From positions 1 through 45,289 of the IMG/VR virus record IMGVR_UViG_3300048858_000024: a DNA stretch of 45,289 bases. One strand, given 5' to 3'. The notes beneath the pieces are model-generated. The model did not search any database and was not told where the DNA came from. It was given only the letters and a program-made list of their open reading frames with translations. Source of the stretch: a virus (lineage: Duplodnaviria; Caudoviricetes). The position numbers and the translations under genes are program-made. Positions 1-8,609 of this stretch are shown piece after piece. The stretch's first letter is position 1. The number at the start of each line of letters is the position of its first letter.

Positions 1-46
1 GCTTCCCAAGCTGAATACGGGGGTTCGATTCCCCTCACCCGCTCCA
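1..46 (+). repeat. attL core = 3' half of host tRNA-Gly(CCC)
   Basis: GCTTCCCAAGCTGAATACGGGGGTTCGATTCCCCTCACCCGCTCCA: anticodon loop TT-CCC-AA, T-loop TTCGATT, CCA end; identical to 45244-45289. The 5' half of the tRNA would lie left of the window. Confidence 0.95.
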
Positions 47-74
47 GCGCTCTAACCCTCAGAAATCTGGGCTT

Positions 75-1343
75 TCATACCACCTTTAGAACAACACCGG
101 AAGTCGTGACGTGCGGTAACCGCGCGGTAAAGGCCCCCGGAACACGCGATTCGATCTGGTCAATGACGCTCTCGGTCGCCGCCAAAGCGAGGCCGAGATT
201 GGCCGGGTCCGGGATGGCGTAAATGTCCGAAATGCTCGCCTTGCGATGCCCGAGCATCATCTCGCCCTGCGTCCAGTTCGCCTCGCCAATGATTCTGCGG
301 CAGATTGTCGCCATCGACCGGCGGATAAGCTTCTGCCCCGCCTCACCACCGCCCGGCAGTCCAAGGTGCTTGCGCATCGATGCCCAGCCATGATGGATCG
401 TCGAGACCGGCAGGTAATTGTCCCTGCTCATGGCTTCATCGAGGCAAGGCGCGAACTGGCGCGCGACCGGGATGGCAGGCCGGAACTTCTTCGTCTGCGG
501 GCGACCGGGTGGGTTCAGGTTCAAAACGCCAGCTTCACGCAGCCATTGGCCCTTCGCCTTCAAGTCGTAGATCGCATCAGGACGCGACCATGTGGCGACT
601 GCGGCGCGCAGATAGCGAAGTAGGTTCTCGCGAGTAGCGATGACCATGGCGCGCTCTTTGTCTGTCCAACCCCGGCCGCGCGACGCCACGCCGCCGGTAG
701 GCACGGGCGGATCGATGCAGAACCGGAACATCTCTGCCAGCGTGTCAACGCTCGCGCGATAGGTCGGCGACTGCGCGGCCTCCTTGACCGACTTCGCCTT
801 GAACTGCGCCTCATACCCAGGTGCGGCGTTGACCACCGCTGCGAGCTGAAGAACGCAGCCCTCCACACCGCCCAAAGTGCGATCGCGTGACACCGTGCCG
901 GCGTGATTGGTTACCGGCTTAGCGAGCAACCACTTGCGGAACCTGGCGATCCAAGCCTCGTTGACGGCCGGCAGGGTTACGCTCGGGTCCGTCTCGGCGA
1001 CATAGCGGATGACATGCGCCAGGCGGGACTTCGTCGAGCGCTTGTAGCCTGCCTGCCCCTCGCTCTTGATCATGTAGTCGGTGATCGCGTTGAGCAGGAG
1101 AACCGCGGTCTCACCGTTCGTTTCCTTGCCGCACGTTGGGCAGAAGTGCGTACCGTTCTCGGAAAGGTAGCGCCGGTCCAGCGCGAGCTTGGCTACTTCA
1201 ACATCTGCTGAGCCCGCGCTAACGCTTCGTTCGCGTTGGGCGGTTTCGTCGTACCAGACAATTTCATGGTTCCGGCCCGCGCGGGGGTAGAGCTTGAAGA
1301 TGCCCCGCTGATAGAGCGGTTTCGGGCGCTTCGTTCTCGGCAT
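75..1343 (-). CDS. int: Tyrosine recombinase (phage integrase)
   Basis: Next to att; R (SRPDAI), KxxR in place of HxxR (KLIRRSMAT), LGH, Y (DIY). Start moved to MPRTKRPKP at 1343 (GAAG upstream). Confidence 0.88.
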   Translation of the reverse strand: MPRTKRPKPLYQRGIFKLYPRAGRNHEIVWYDETAQRERSVSAGSADVEVAKLALDRRYLSENGTHFCPTCGKETNGETAVLLLNAITDYMIKSEGQAGYKRSTKSRLAHVIRYVAETDPSVTLPAVNEAWIARFRKWLLAKPVTNHAGTVSRDRTLGGVEGCVLQLAAVVNAAPGYEAQFKAKSVKEAAQSPTYRASVDTLAEMFRFCIDPPVPTGGVASRGRGWTDKERAMVIATRENLLRYLRAAVATWSRPDAIYDLKAKGQWLREAGVLNLNPPGRPQTKKFRPAIPVARQFAPCLDEAMSRDNYLPVSTIHHGWASMRKHLGLPGGGEAGQKLIRRSMATICRRIIGEANWTQGEMMLGHRKASISDIYAIPDPANLGLALAATESVIDQIESRVPGAFTARLPHVTTSGVVLKVV

Positions 1344-1498
1344 TGCTTCTTCCTGAAATCCTGAGCTGCCTTCACGATGGCATCGTAGGCTCCGCATTCG
1401 ACAAGTAGATCCTGCTCCTCGGGAGACAGCTGGATCGTTTTGCGCTGGTCGAGCTTCTTCTCGAACTTGCGCTGTAGGTCGGTGGGATGGACCGTCAT
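1193..1498 (-). CDS. Hypothetical protein in excisionase position
   Basis: ATGA-coupled to upstream MTase; C-terminal tail overlaps int start; function is positional inference only. Confidence 0.55.
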   Translation of the reverse strand: MTVHPTDLQRKFEKKLDQRKTIQLSPEEQDLLVECGAYDAIVKAAQDFRKKQCRERSARNRSISGASSSSTPARAGTMKLSGTTKPPNANEALARAQQMLK

Positions 1499-2157
1499 TG
1501 CGCCTGCTCTTGTGTGTGGTTGGGGTGGTCAGGGGTGTCGGGCGCGGGATAGTCTCCGGCGCGCTCAAGCTTCTTCCGGCACGGCGCGATCCAGCGCAGT
1601 TTCGTATCGCCCTCGCGATTGGCCCATACGAGCCAGGCATAGGCGGTCGCGGTTGATCCCTCTGGGGCTAGCCGGCCCTTGTGCATTACAACGCGCTCGG
1701 TGAACTGCAGGACGTGGCTCGGCGGGGTCTTGGCGAACAGCCGCTGGAATCGCCCCTGCCCTTCCAGGAAGGCCGCGCGCACGATCATCGCCACGCCGCC
1801 ACTGGTCGCCAGTGCGCGTTCGATGAACTGCTCGGCGAGCCGGAACGGCGGGTTGGTGATCGTCCAGTCGACCGGCGCCGGCATTGTGCCGAACAGGTAA
1901 TCCTGCACCGGATAGCCGGCGCCGTAGTCGTAGGCATCCGCCGCTTCGACCTGGTAGAAATACTCCATCAGCGGCTTGACCATGTGCCCGCGATTTGCAG
2001 CCGGCTCGCGGCAGATCAGACCTTCGATCTCGTGGCCTTCCGATCGCAGCCAGCTGCAGAGCGCGCGCGTTGCCCAGGGCGGTGTCGGAAAGTCGTCGAG
2101 CGAGTCCTTTGCCTCGCGCCGTTGCTGCACGACTGCTGAGCTTGTGTTCTGGCTCAT
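1495..2157 (-). CDS. Orphan DNA amino-methyltransferase (NPPF type)
   Basis: DFPTPPW, EPAANRGHM (SAM-binding motif I-like), DYL, ITNPPF catalytic motif IV. Confidence 0.85.
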   Translation of the reverse strand: MSQNTSSAVVQQRREAKDSLDDFPTPPWATRALCSWLRSEGHEIEGLICREPAANRGHMVKPLMEYFYQVEAADAYDYGAGYPVQDYLFGTMPAPVDWTITNPPFRLAEQFIERALATSGGVAMIVRAAFLEGQGRFQRLFAKTPPSHVLQFTERVVMHKGRLAPEGSTATAYAWLVWANREGDTKLRWIAPCRKKLERAGDYPAPDTPDHPNHTQEQAQ

Positions 2158-2300
2158 ACCGCCCCCGGCCCAACAGTGCAGAACACCATCACAGCAAACC
2201 CGATCGCCACCAGCGCGCTAAGGATGCAGTAGCGTAGGAGGCCAGGGCGATGCTTGGAGAGGGGCGGATCGACGTTGCGCATGGCTTGGGAGTGCATCAT
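2154..2300 (-). CDS. Small single-TM protein (48 aa, not in ORF track)
   Basis: MMHSQAMRNVDPPLSKHRPGLLRYCILSALVAIGFAVMVFCTVGPGAV; ATGA overlaps at both ends. Confidence 0.65.
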   Translation of the reverse strand: MMHSQAMRNVDPPLSKHRPGLLRYCILSALVAIGFAVMVFCTVGPGAV

Positions 2301-2650
2301 GCGCCGGCTCCCGACTGGCGGGCGCGGGTGAGAGCGCCTTGAAGCGTGGCCCTGATCGTGCTGAGCTTGCCATGGGTAGTATGGCCGATGCCGTAGAATT
2401 GCCGCGATGACAGGCGCTCGTTTATCTCGTCGATCAACACGATGGCTTCACGCGCGGCCTTCTCGACCAGCCCCTCCTGATCGGTGGAGGGCATGGATGC
2501 GTAGAGCTTAGCGCCGACATCGAACGGCATCGTTCCATTCTGCCGTGGGATCACACGAACAATCGCCTGACATTCCAGCGCCCGGTAGCTCAGCACTTCC
2601 GCCGCCGCCTCTACGCTATCCGCGACGGGCTTGGTGGTCGGCGCGGTCAT
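2297..2650 (-). CDS. Hypothetical protein
   Basis: Start MTAPTTKP by ATGA coupling. Confidence 0.65.
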   Translation of the reverse strand: MTAPTTKPVADSVEAAAEVLSYRALECQAIVRVIPRQNGTMPFDVGAKLYASMPSTDQEGLVEKAAREAIVLIDEINERLSSRQFYGIGHTTHGKLSTIRATLQGALTRARQSGAGA

Positions 2651-2790
2651 GGTCGAGCACCGAAAGCGTACGCGATGCGCTCCCACAACGTCAGAAAGCG
2701 ACACCGGCCATCTCCTTCTACCCGAAGGATACCGTCGCGCTTCTCGTGATAGGAAGCGCGGTGTTGAGCATCATTGGCCGGCGCGGTCAT
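2647..2790 (-). CDS. Hypothetical protein (47 aa, not in ORF track)
   Basis: MTAPANDAQHRASYHEKRDGILRVEGDGRCRFLTLWERIAYAFGARP; ATGA overlaps at both ends. Confidence 0.6.
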   Translation of the reverse strand: MTAPANDAQHRASYHEKRDGILRVEGDGRCRFLTLWERIAYAFGARP

Positions 2791-3053
2791 GCGGGGGTGC
2801 CTTTCGTGCGGGCGAGGAAGAACCGGATTTCAGCAGCCGTGACGTCCATCATCACGCGTGCGAAATGGACCTGCCCGTTCTCGTCGGACGGGAAGCACTC
2901 AGGCCCGAAGGTTTCGAGCATTGTCGCGCAGCTGGCGAGGCTCTCAAGGGTGCCATCGACATCCTGAGCGGGTACAGCGGCGCAAGGTCCATCGTGTCCG
3001 CCAGCACGAGTGCAGGCCCAGCCTTCAGGCGGTACGGTGCAGGTATCGGTCAC
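2787..3053 (-). CDS. Hypothetical protein (CTRAGGHDGPC metal-binding-like motif)
   Basis: Coupled ORF in the leftward operon. Confidence 0.65.
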   Translation of the reverse strand: MTDTCTVPPEGWACTRAGGHDGPCAAVPAQDVDGTLESLASCATMLETFGPECFPSDENGQVHFARVMMDVTAAEIRFFLARTKGTPA

Positions 3054-3244
3054 TTGAACCTCCCAATCTCGATGTCGGCTGATTCGATGTCGCCCATCAG
3101 CTTGTTCAGCATGGCGCGGCTATCGTGTTCGGGATGCTGGTCACGCGACACGGCATCAATCAGGTCGAAGGCTTGGCCCAAGCGGCCATCTGCCCAGCCC
3201 CCAAGACCTTCGTAGGTGGTGCGAGCGCACGGAAAATCGCTCAA
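3050..3244 (-). CDS. Hypothetical protein
   Basis: Coupled ORF in the leftward operon. Confidence 0.6.
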   Translation of the reverse strand: MSDFPCARTTYEGLGGWADGRLGQAFDLIDAVSRDQHPEHDSRAMLNKLMGDIESADIEIGRFK

Positions 3245-3420
3245 CCCCTCACTCCTTCAATCTGGCCCCTAGCCCGCTCAGCCTCTCGGGCGATGGCAGC
3301 CTCGTTCTCACGCGCGTCGATCTCGTCGGCATGGGCGTGATAGCGCTCTTGCCATGCAGGCCAGAGGGGCTCGTATGGGACGTGCGGAATGGTGAAGCCG
3401 TGCGAGTGGGTGGCCATCAT
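3241..3420 (-). CDS. Hypothetical protein
   Basis: Start MMATHSHG is ATGA-coupled to the SPFH stop. Confidence 0.6.
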   Translation of the reverse strand: MMATHSHGFTIPHVPYEPLWPAWQERYHAHADEIDARENEAAIAREAERARGQIEGVRG

Positions 3421-4286
3421 TGCCCCCCTTGCACACAGGGCTGCGCTGCCGAGCAGTAGACCGTCTGCGGCATCTGCCCGTTCCAGCGCTTCACCCATTC
3501 GTAGGCGACAATCTTCTGGTTGGTCGCGATAGCTTCGGCCCGGGTGCGGATCGCGTTGGCTTCGGACTCGGCCTGGATCTTGCGCGCGGTCGCTTCTGCG
3601 GTGGCCTTAGCCACGGACGCTTCACCCTTCGCACGTTCGGTCTCGACTTGCGCTCGTGCCGCGATTGCCGCCTGTTCGGTTTGCGCGCGGGCGTTGATCC
3701 GCTCCTGAATGTTCTCGGGGATGCGGATAGGGCCCGCCCACTCAAGCTGATCGACGTTCAGGCCCATCGGCTCGAAGTAGCGCCGGGTGCCAGCGAGCGC
3801 GCGATTGATCAGCACTGTCTTGCCGCTGCTATAGACTTGCTCGACGGTCATCGTGGATGCCGCCTTGACGATCTCGGAGCGCACCTTGTTACGGATAGGG
3901 CCGGCGACAAGCGCCTCCATATCCATGCGGTAGATTTGGTAGAGCTTGGGCGCGAGCTTGGGGTTCACCCGGAAGGCGACCGTGGCATCTGCCGAGACGA
4001 TCAAGCCGTTCTTGTCCTGGAAGCTAATCTCCTGATTGGAAGTGGTGGTGCCATCTTCATTCTGCGCGCCGCGTGACCACGTATAGGTCTGGGTCGAAAC
4101 GGGGTACGGAATGTAATCGACACCCCAGAGCGAGAAGTAGGTGCCAACGCCGACCGCATTATTCTCCACACCGGAGCCCGAGCCGTAGCGATTGACCTTC
4201 ACGCCAACTTCGCCGGGTTCGATGCGAGTGCAAGCTGCGGTGCCGACGCCAAGCAGCAGAAGGGCGGTGAGCTTAATCTTCTTCAT
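3417..4286 (-). CDS. SPFH/band-7 (prohibitin-like) lipoprotein
   Basis: MKKIKLTALLLLGVGTAAC lipobox; IEPGEVGV; FQDKNGLIVSADATV; Ala/Glu-rich coiled coil; KRWNGQMP ending. Confidence 0.88.
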   Translation of the reverse strand: MKKIKLTALLLLGVGTAACTRIEPGEVGVKVNRYGSGSGVENNAVGVGTYFSLWGVDYIPYPVSTQTYTWSRGAQNEDGTTTSNQEISFQDKNGLIVSADATVAFRVNPKLAPKLYQIYRMDMEALVAGPIRNKVRSEIVKAASTMTVEQVYSSGKTVLINRALAGTRRYFEPMGLNVDQLEWAGPIRIPENIQERINARAQTEQAAIAARAQVETERAKGEASVAKATAEATARKIQAESEANAIRTRAEAIATNQKIVAYEWVKRWNGQMPQTVYCSAAQPCVQGGQ

Positions 4287-4500
4287 TTTCGTGCTCCTTG
4301 ACGGCTTCGGCCCACAGCGAGCCAACCTGTTTGATGATCAGAAAATCTGCGGTGAGAGTGACCGCCCCGAGCAGGACCGCGCCGATGAGCGCTGGTGTGC
4401 TATGCGAATTGACGAGGCTCGGAATGATGATGCGGAACACCACGAAGGTGCCGAAAACCATGACCCCGACTGTCCAGGCGAGGATGACACCGCGGCTCAT
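4273..4500 (-). CDS. Small 2-TM membrane protein
   Basis: MSRGVILAWTVGVMVFGTFVVFRIII...PALIGAVLLGAVTLTADFLII. Confidence 0.7.
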   Translation of the reverse strand: MSRGVILAWTVGVMVFGTFVVFRIIIPSLVNSHSTPALIGAVLLGAVTLTADFLIIKQVGSLWAEAVKEHENEED

Positions 4501-4604
4501 GATGCCGGCCCCATGATGTAGCCAACCGCACCGCTCGACATCCCGAGGACGAAGATCCAGGCACCCCAGAAGAGAGGTAGCTCCCCTATGCTGCGGGCGG
4601 TCAC
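4497..4604 (-). CDS. Small TM peptide (35 aa, GTG start)
   Basis: VTARSIGELPLFWGAWIFVLGMSSGAVGYIMGPAS; GTGA/ATGA overlaps fill the gap exactly. Confidence 0.5.
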   Translation of the reverse strand: MTARSIGELPLFWGAWIFVLGMSSGAVGYIMGPAS

Positions 4605-4777
4605 ATCGACACCATGACTTTTGCGCCACCGATCAGCGCGATCCAGGTCAGCACGCCCAGGCCAAGCATGCAGACACCCTTCCCCAATCGGATCAGGACA
4701 TCGCGGTTCGCCTCGGCTGCGAATTGACGGACAACGCCGGGGTGGCGGTGTAGCGGGGTGTAGGTGGGGACGGTCAT
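4601..4777 (-). CDS. Small TM protein (58 aa, not in ORF track)
   Basis: MTVPTYTPLHRHPG...GVCMLGLGVLTWIALIGGAKVMVSM; ATGA coupling. Confidence 0.6.
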   Translation of the reverse strand: MTVPTYTPLHRHPGVVRQFAAEANRDVLIRLGKGVCMLGLGVLTWIALIGGAKVMVSM

Positions 4778-5181
4778 CCTGCACCTCGAACTGTGGAGAG
4801 CACGGCGTCGATCGCGTCCAAGCGCTGGCGCAGCTTTTCGGGCACACCGTCCCAGCGGCTCTCGCTCGGATCTGGGCAGCGGCCGATCTCGACCATGACC
4901 TGGGTGCGCAGGATCGACAGCGTTGTACGCGCCTCTTCGATCTCTCGGCGCAGGTCCGCATTGTGGCGACGGGCATCCGAAGCCTCACGCTCAGCCGTGC
5001 TGATGCGGCTCGCAATGTTGAACGCCAGATTGTCCTTGAGGTAGTCCTGCGTGGCGTCCAGCAAGCCGGCGTAGATGTCGTCGACCGCCTTCTTGAGGAG
5101 CGGCTGAACCGCCTGCTCGATAGCGCCGGTCACATCGTCGGCCACGTCTTCCCATGGCTGGTTGAGGATTGCAGTCGTCAC
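4774..5181 (-). CDS. Hypothetical coiled-coil protein
   Basis: Coupled ORF in operon. Confidence 0.7.
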   Translation of the reverse strand: MTTAILNQPWEDVADDVTGAIEQAVQPLLKKAVDDIYAGLLDATQDYLKDNLAFNIASRISTAEREASDARRHNADLRREIEEARTTLSILRTQVMVEIGRCPDPSESRWDGVPEKLRQRLDAIDAVLSTVRGAG

Positions 5182-5402
5182 GCCGCTTTCCTCCCCACCA
5201 GTGCTTCGTTCGCCTCAAGGCGCCAGAGAAGCGTTGCGGTGTCAGTGGGGGTGCTGCCGTACTTGGCGGGATCACCGAAGCGCCGGGCAATCCGCTTAAG
5301 CCGCTGATGCTCGGCCCGATCGGCAATGTGCTGGAAGTGATGGGCAGCGAAGGCGCGGCCACGCATGTCGGGGCCAGCGTAAGAGGCTTCGGCGTAGATC
5401 AT
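5178..5402 (-). CDS. Hypothetical protein
   Basis: Start MIYAEASY with GGAGG RBS and ATGA overlap. Confidence 0.65.
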   Translation of the reverse strand: MIYAEASYAGPDMRGRAFAAHHFQHIADRAEHQRLKRIARRFGDPAKYGSTPTDTATLLWRLEANEALVGRKAA

Positions 5403-5644
5403 GCTTCCCTCCGCAGGTCGGCGAGCATACCCGTGACCATCCCGTAGTCCTCGACTACTCGCCAAGCGCACGTACCCTCCTGAGCGTCGATCATCGTCGT
5501 CCAGATGTCCGTGCCGTCGAGCTCAGTCGCGTTTCCGGAGTGATCGAAGTCTACCGCAGGGTAGAGCGCGACAATCTGATCAGCGTTGATGGCAAGGGGC
5601 TTCGGGGTGTCGTCGATAAGGCGGGTGAGGAAAAGGAAGTTCAT
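5399..5644 (-). CDS. Hypothetical protein
   Basis: Start MNFLFLTRL with AAGGAG RBS and ATGA overlap. Confidence 0.7.
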   Translation of the reverse strand: MNFLFLTRLIDDTPKPLAINADQIVALYPAVDFDHSGNATELDGTDIWTTMIDAQEGTCAWRVVEDYGMVTGMLADLRREA

Positions 5645-5814
5645 GCTGCCTGCTCCTTGTTGAGTTGGGCCCGGCGTTCGGGCGAAAGGCTGGCGAGGTG
5701 ATTTGCGAGGTGCATGGCCTCGATCGCGCAGGCGTGGCTGTCTTCGCTCTGCTCGCGTGCGTGGAAGTGCCGTGTCTTGACCGCCCATGCGTTCACGTCG
5801 GGACGGCCGATCAT
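5641..5814 (-). CDS. Hypothetical protein (57 aa, not in ORF track)
   Basis: MIGRPDVNAWAVKTRHFH...LNKEQAA; ATGA overlaps at both ends. Confidence 0.6.
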   Translation of the reverse strand: MIGRPDVNAWAVKTRHFHAREQSEDSHACAIEAMHLANHLASLSPERRAQLNKEQAA

Positions 5815-6179
5815 GCTGCCATGGCCTTGGTGACTGCCGCAGGCCGCGCTGCTTCCAAGTCGCGCGCATGGCGCAAATACTTGTTGGCCATATCCTGATA
5901 GTGGGTCTGCAAACCCCGAAGAGCGCGAGCGAGGGTTACATCGCCATTCTCATGCAGCCACTCTGCGCGGCGACCAAAACCTGCCGAGCGGGCGGTGTAC
6001 CAGTCGACCCCGTTCTTAGTGGAGCAGCGCACTTCCAATGTGGAAAGCCGATTGAACCCGCTGGACTGGATGCCCGTCGCAGTAAGCGATTGCCCGCCTT
6101 TCGTCTGGCGATGCACGGTCCAAGCGTAGCCAGGCATCACTGCGGCCAGCTTTTGCCGGAATGAGTTGGCGTCCATCAT
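5811..6179 (-). CDS. Hypothetical protein
   Basis: Start MMDANSFRQK by ATGA coupling. Confidence 0.7.
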   Translation of the reverse strand: MMDANSFRQKLAAVMPGYAWTVHRQTKGGQSLTATGIQSSGFNRLSTLEVRCSTKNGVDWYTARSAGFGRRAEWLHENGDVTLARALRGLQTHYQDMANKYLRHARDLEAARPAAVTKAMAA

Positions 6180-6478
6180 GCCGCTTCTGCCAGCACCGGA
6201 GCCGTGACACGTGCCCACTCAACGCGAGCTTCGGCCATGTGCTCTTCGCGGCGAGCTTCCCAAGCCTTCAGCCATGCACGGTCGCCGATGGTGTTCAGGC
6301 TGTTCGGCACGCCCAGGATCGGACGGTTTGCGTAGTCGTGCTGCTGGTGCATCTGAGCAAGCTCAAGCTCGATGCTCGCAGCCGGGTCACACCGGAACTT
6401 GCGGCACATGGCCTGCACTTCGGTGAGGCGCGCTATGTCGGCGTCGGTAAGGTGGAAGGGGCTTGCCTGGTTGGGCAT
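6176..6478 (-). CDS. Hypothetical protein, first gene after second leftward promoter
   Basis: GGAGA RBS; follows operator/promoter at 6513-6568. Confidence 0.7.
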   Translation of the reverse strand: MPNQASPFHLTDADIARLTEVQAMCRKFRCDPAASIELELAQMHQQHDYANRPILGVPNSLNTIGDRAWLKAWEARREEHMAEARVEWARVTAPVLAEAA

Positions 6479-6512
6479 CGAAGGTCTCCGTCAGCGCTTT
6501 GCTGTTGAGACC

Positions 6513-6568
6513 CTTATGTGCCCTGTTGGGGCATATGTAAAGAACTAATGTGCCCCATGTGGGTGTAT
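6513..6568 (-). promoter_or_regulatory. Leftward promoter PL2 with two repressor operators
   Basis: ATGTGCCC-TGTTG-GGGCATAT (6516-6536), ATGTGCCC-CATGT-GGGTGTAT (6548-6568); minus-strand TTTACA-N17-CATAAG. Confidence 0.75.
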
Positions 6569-6602
6569 TTATTCCGCCGCCGTTTCCCTACCCTCCCACA
6601 CG

Positions 6603-6635
6603 AAAACGGCCGCTCAAGTTTCCCTGAGCGGCCGT
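6603..6635 (-). terminator. Intrinsic terminator after bstA-like gene
   Basis: 11-bp stem ACGGCCGCTCA/TGAGCGGCCGT ending in a short T-run on the minus strand. Confidence 0.75.
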
Positions 6636-6662
6636 GGTGGTGATCGGTGCCGGTTGGTGCGG

Positions 6663-7586
6663 CTAGCTGGCTTTCGTCAGCTTCTTGACGCCGAACGCTG
6701 CAATCGCAGCGGTGGCGCTTGGCGCGGGCAGCTCGCCTTGCTTCACCTTGGACTGCAGGTAGTTAGGGAGCTGCTTAGGAATATAATGGTCGCGAACCCA
6801 CTTGCGGAATTCGCCCAACGCATCGTCAGGATAGCATTTGGGAGCCTGAGGGTTAGACGCCGCTTGCGGAAAGTATGCCGGGTAGTTGTGCTCGTATTGC
6901 TTGCTGGGTCCGTAGATAACTTCGAGGTTTTCCGCTTTCCAGAACTTCGACCAAGCCATGCCAACACTGATGTCCGGGATAAAGGTATTTCCGAGTTCGG
7001 CACCTTGGCGGATCAGCGTCACCAGCATGTCCGCTACTTCCTTGAACACACTGAAATAGCCATCTGGCACGGTATGATAGGACAAGCCCACGCGATCGTG
7101 GAATTGCTGCCACGCCACGCTCGGCGCCCCAGTCGGATTGTACCCGACCTGAGCATAGATGAACTGCTGAAAGCCCTTGCGCGCCAGGATGCGGTAGCTT
7201 TGCGCGGCCTTGTCATTCGACGTTTTTGCTTCGAATGCATAGTATTCTAGCACCGCCATGCAGACGGCAGATGGGACGATGTGATTGATCGTCCCACTTT
7301 TCGCCACAGCGATGAAGGCGACTTTGTCATCAGCGCCTTGCGCCCGCACCAACTCACGAATCTTTTGCTCGCGAGGCTTTAGTGGCGTGGCGATCCAGTC
7401 CGCAGTGATCCTGGTGATCAGCGAGTGATCGACGCCGCACATGGCGGCAAGCCCGCGGATGTTGAGAAAAGGCGAGCCATCGCTCAGCACGCCCATACCG
7501 ATTCCATCCACCTCACGCTCAACCTCAATTTTGAGGTCTAACTCGAACTGCTGAGGGGTGATGCTCTGAGAGCCTATTTTTGACAT
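6663..7586 (-). CDS. bstA: BstA-family abortive-infection / phage-defence protein (307 aa)
   Basis: Motifs recalled for the family: DGIGMGVLSDGSPFLNIRGLAAMCG, VCMAVLEYYAF, FIYAQVGY, WQQFHDRV, VPDGYFSVFKE, PDISVG, HNYPAYFPQAASNPQ, YPDDALGEFRKW; prophage location and size fit. Confidence 0.8.
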   Translation of the reverse strand: MSKIGSQSITPQQFELDLKIEVEREVDGIGMGVLSDGSPFLNIRGLAAMCGVDHSLITRITADWIATPLKPREQKIRELVRAQGADDKVAFIAVAKSGTINHIVPSAVCMAVLEYYAFEAKTSNDKAAQSYRILARKGFQQFIYAQVGYNPTGAPSVAWQQFHDRVGLSYHTVPDGYFSVFKEVADMLVTLIRQGAELGNTFIPDISVGMAWSKFWKAENLEVIYGPSKQYEHNYPAYFPQAASNPQAPKCYPDDALGEFRKWVRDHYIPKQLPNYLQSKVKQGELPAPSATAAIAAFGVKKLTKAS

Positions 7587-7691
7587 ATTCGCTAGCCTTA
7601 TCAATAAGTTGAGGTGGTGCTCAACTCAGCTAGTCGCGATCTTCCCTCTCAACTAGAAAGGGGTTGCACAGACGGCGGCTCAACCGAGCAA

Positions 7692-7719
7692 AGCCTGGGG
7701 CGGTAATCTGCCCCAGGCT
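7692..7719. terminator. Hairpin between early-left operon and bstA-like gene
   Basis: AGCCTGGGGC...GCCCCAGGCT 10-bp stem, short T-run on minus strand. Confidence 0.55.
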
Positions 7720-7775
7720 GCCAACCTAGCAGTGGCTCTTCAGCCCGGCGAATCGATCTTGCTTAAAATTCAGGG

Positions 7776-8213
7776 TTAAGCTGCGTTAAGAGCTTCTTCT
7801 CTCAGCGTCGTGACATCTACGCCACACCAAGTGCTCCAGAGTTGAAGCGCCTTGTCGGTGAAGGCCGCGCGATCAGCCTCATTCATCGCGCGGTTGCTGG
7901 TGGACCGCCGTCGTCGGTAGACCTCGCCTGATGGCAGCACTTGCTCATCATACAAACGCAGTTTGTCGCGGGTGATGTCGTGCAAATCCTGCTCGTCGAG
8001 CGTCAGTTTGTGCAGGTCATTTAAGAGAGGCGCCACTAGGGCGGCGACTGTCCAGTAGAGACCTCGGCGGCGCTGGTTGGCCGTGCCGCCCTTGATCTCG
8101 ACCCGCACCTTGCCCTTGATCTCGCGCATAGCTTCCTCGGCTGCGCGGTTCGCCGGCCGCAGCATGCCTAGGCGAACCTCGAAGACCAGAGGCGGCTTGT
8201 CAGCTCCGGGCAT
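7776..8213 (-). CDS. NinB/DUF1367-like protein
   Basis: ANQRRRGLYW and RRSTSNRAMNEADRAAF motifs; start MPGADKPP with GGGAG RBS. Confidence 0.6.
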   Translation of the reverse strand: MPGADKPPLVFEVRLGMLRPANRAAEEAMREIKGKVRVEIKGGTANQRRRGLYWTVAALVAPLLNDLHKLTLDEQDLHDITRDKLRLYDEQVLPSGEVYRRRRSTSNRAMNEADRAAFTDKALQLWSTWCGVDVTTLREEALNAA

Positions 8214-8598
8214 CGCCACGCTCCCGTTGTATGTTCCTGATCTCTGCGGCTCGAGGCGAAGCCTTCGCGAGTTCATCCAGAAGCTGGTCGATGGTCTGCC
8301 CCTTGGTACCGGCGTAGTGGTTCCAGAAGGTTCGTTCGCCGATGTCGTGCTGCCGGTTGTGGCAGCCAGGCTGACCGTCGATACCGCTCCAGGGGCCATC
8401 GCAGAGCGGAACGGTTCGCCAGTCGTCCGGCTTAGCGCCTAAGGCCGTGTGGCTGCCAATGCGAACGTGCGCGACGATTACGTTGGTGGTCGAACCGCAG
8501 TTGCAGCAGGCAAAGCCCCTGATCCATGTACAGTGGGCGGGAGAACGCCAACGGTCGGACCGCTTGCGCTCTTTAGGTATCCGGCGAGGGAGTGCCAC
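8200..8598 (-). CDS. DUF968-like Zn-binding putative HNH nuclease
   Basis: RSPAHCTWIRGFACCNCG, AHVR, KPDDWRTVPLC, CHNRQH. Confidence 0.75.
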   Translation of the reverse strand: MALPRRIPKERKRSDRWRSPAHCTWIRGFACCNCGSTTNVIVAHVRIGSHTALGAKPDDWRTVPLCDGPWSGIDGQPGCHNRQHDIGERTFWNHYAGTKGQTIDQLLDELAKASPRAAEIRNIQRERGDARS

Positions 8599-8609
8599 AA
8601 CCGCGCCCC

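Noticed and set aside
1344-1640. 99-aa N-terminal extension of integrase in the 521-aa ORF
   Set aside because: Overlaps two better-supported coupled genes and reads as off-frame sequence; ATG at 1343 preferred
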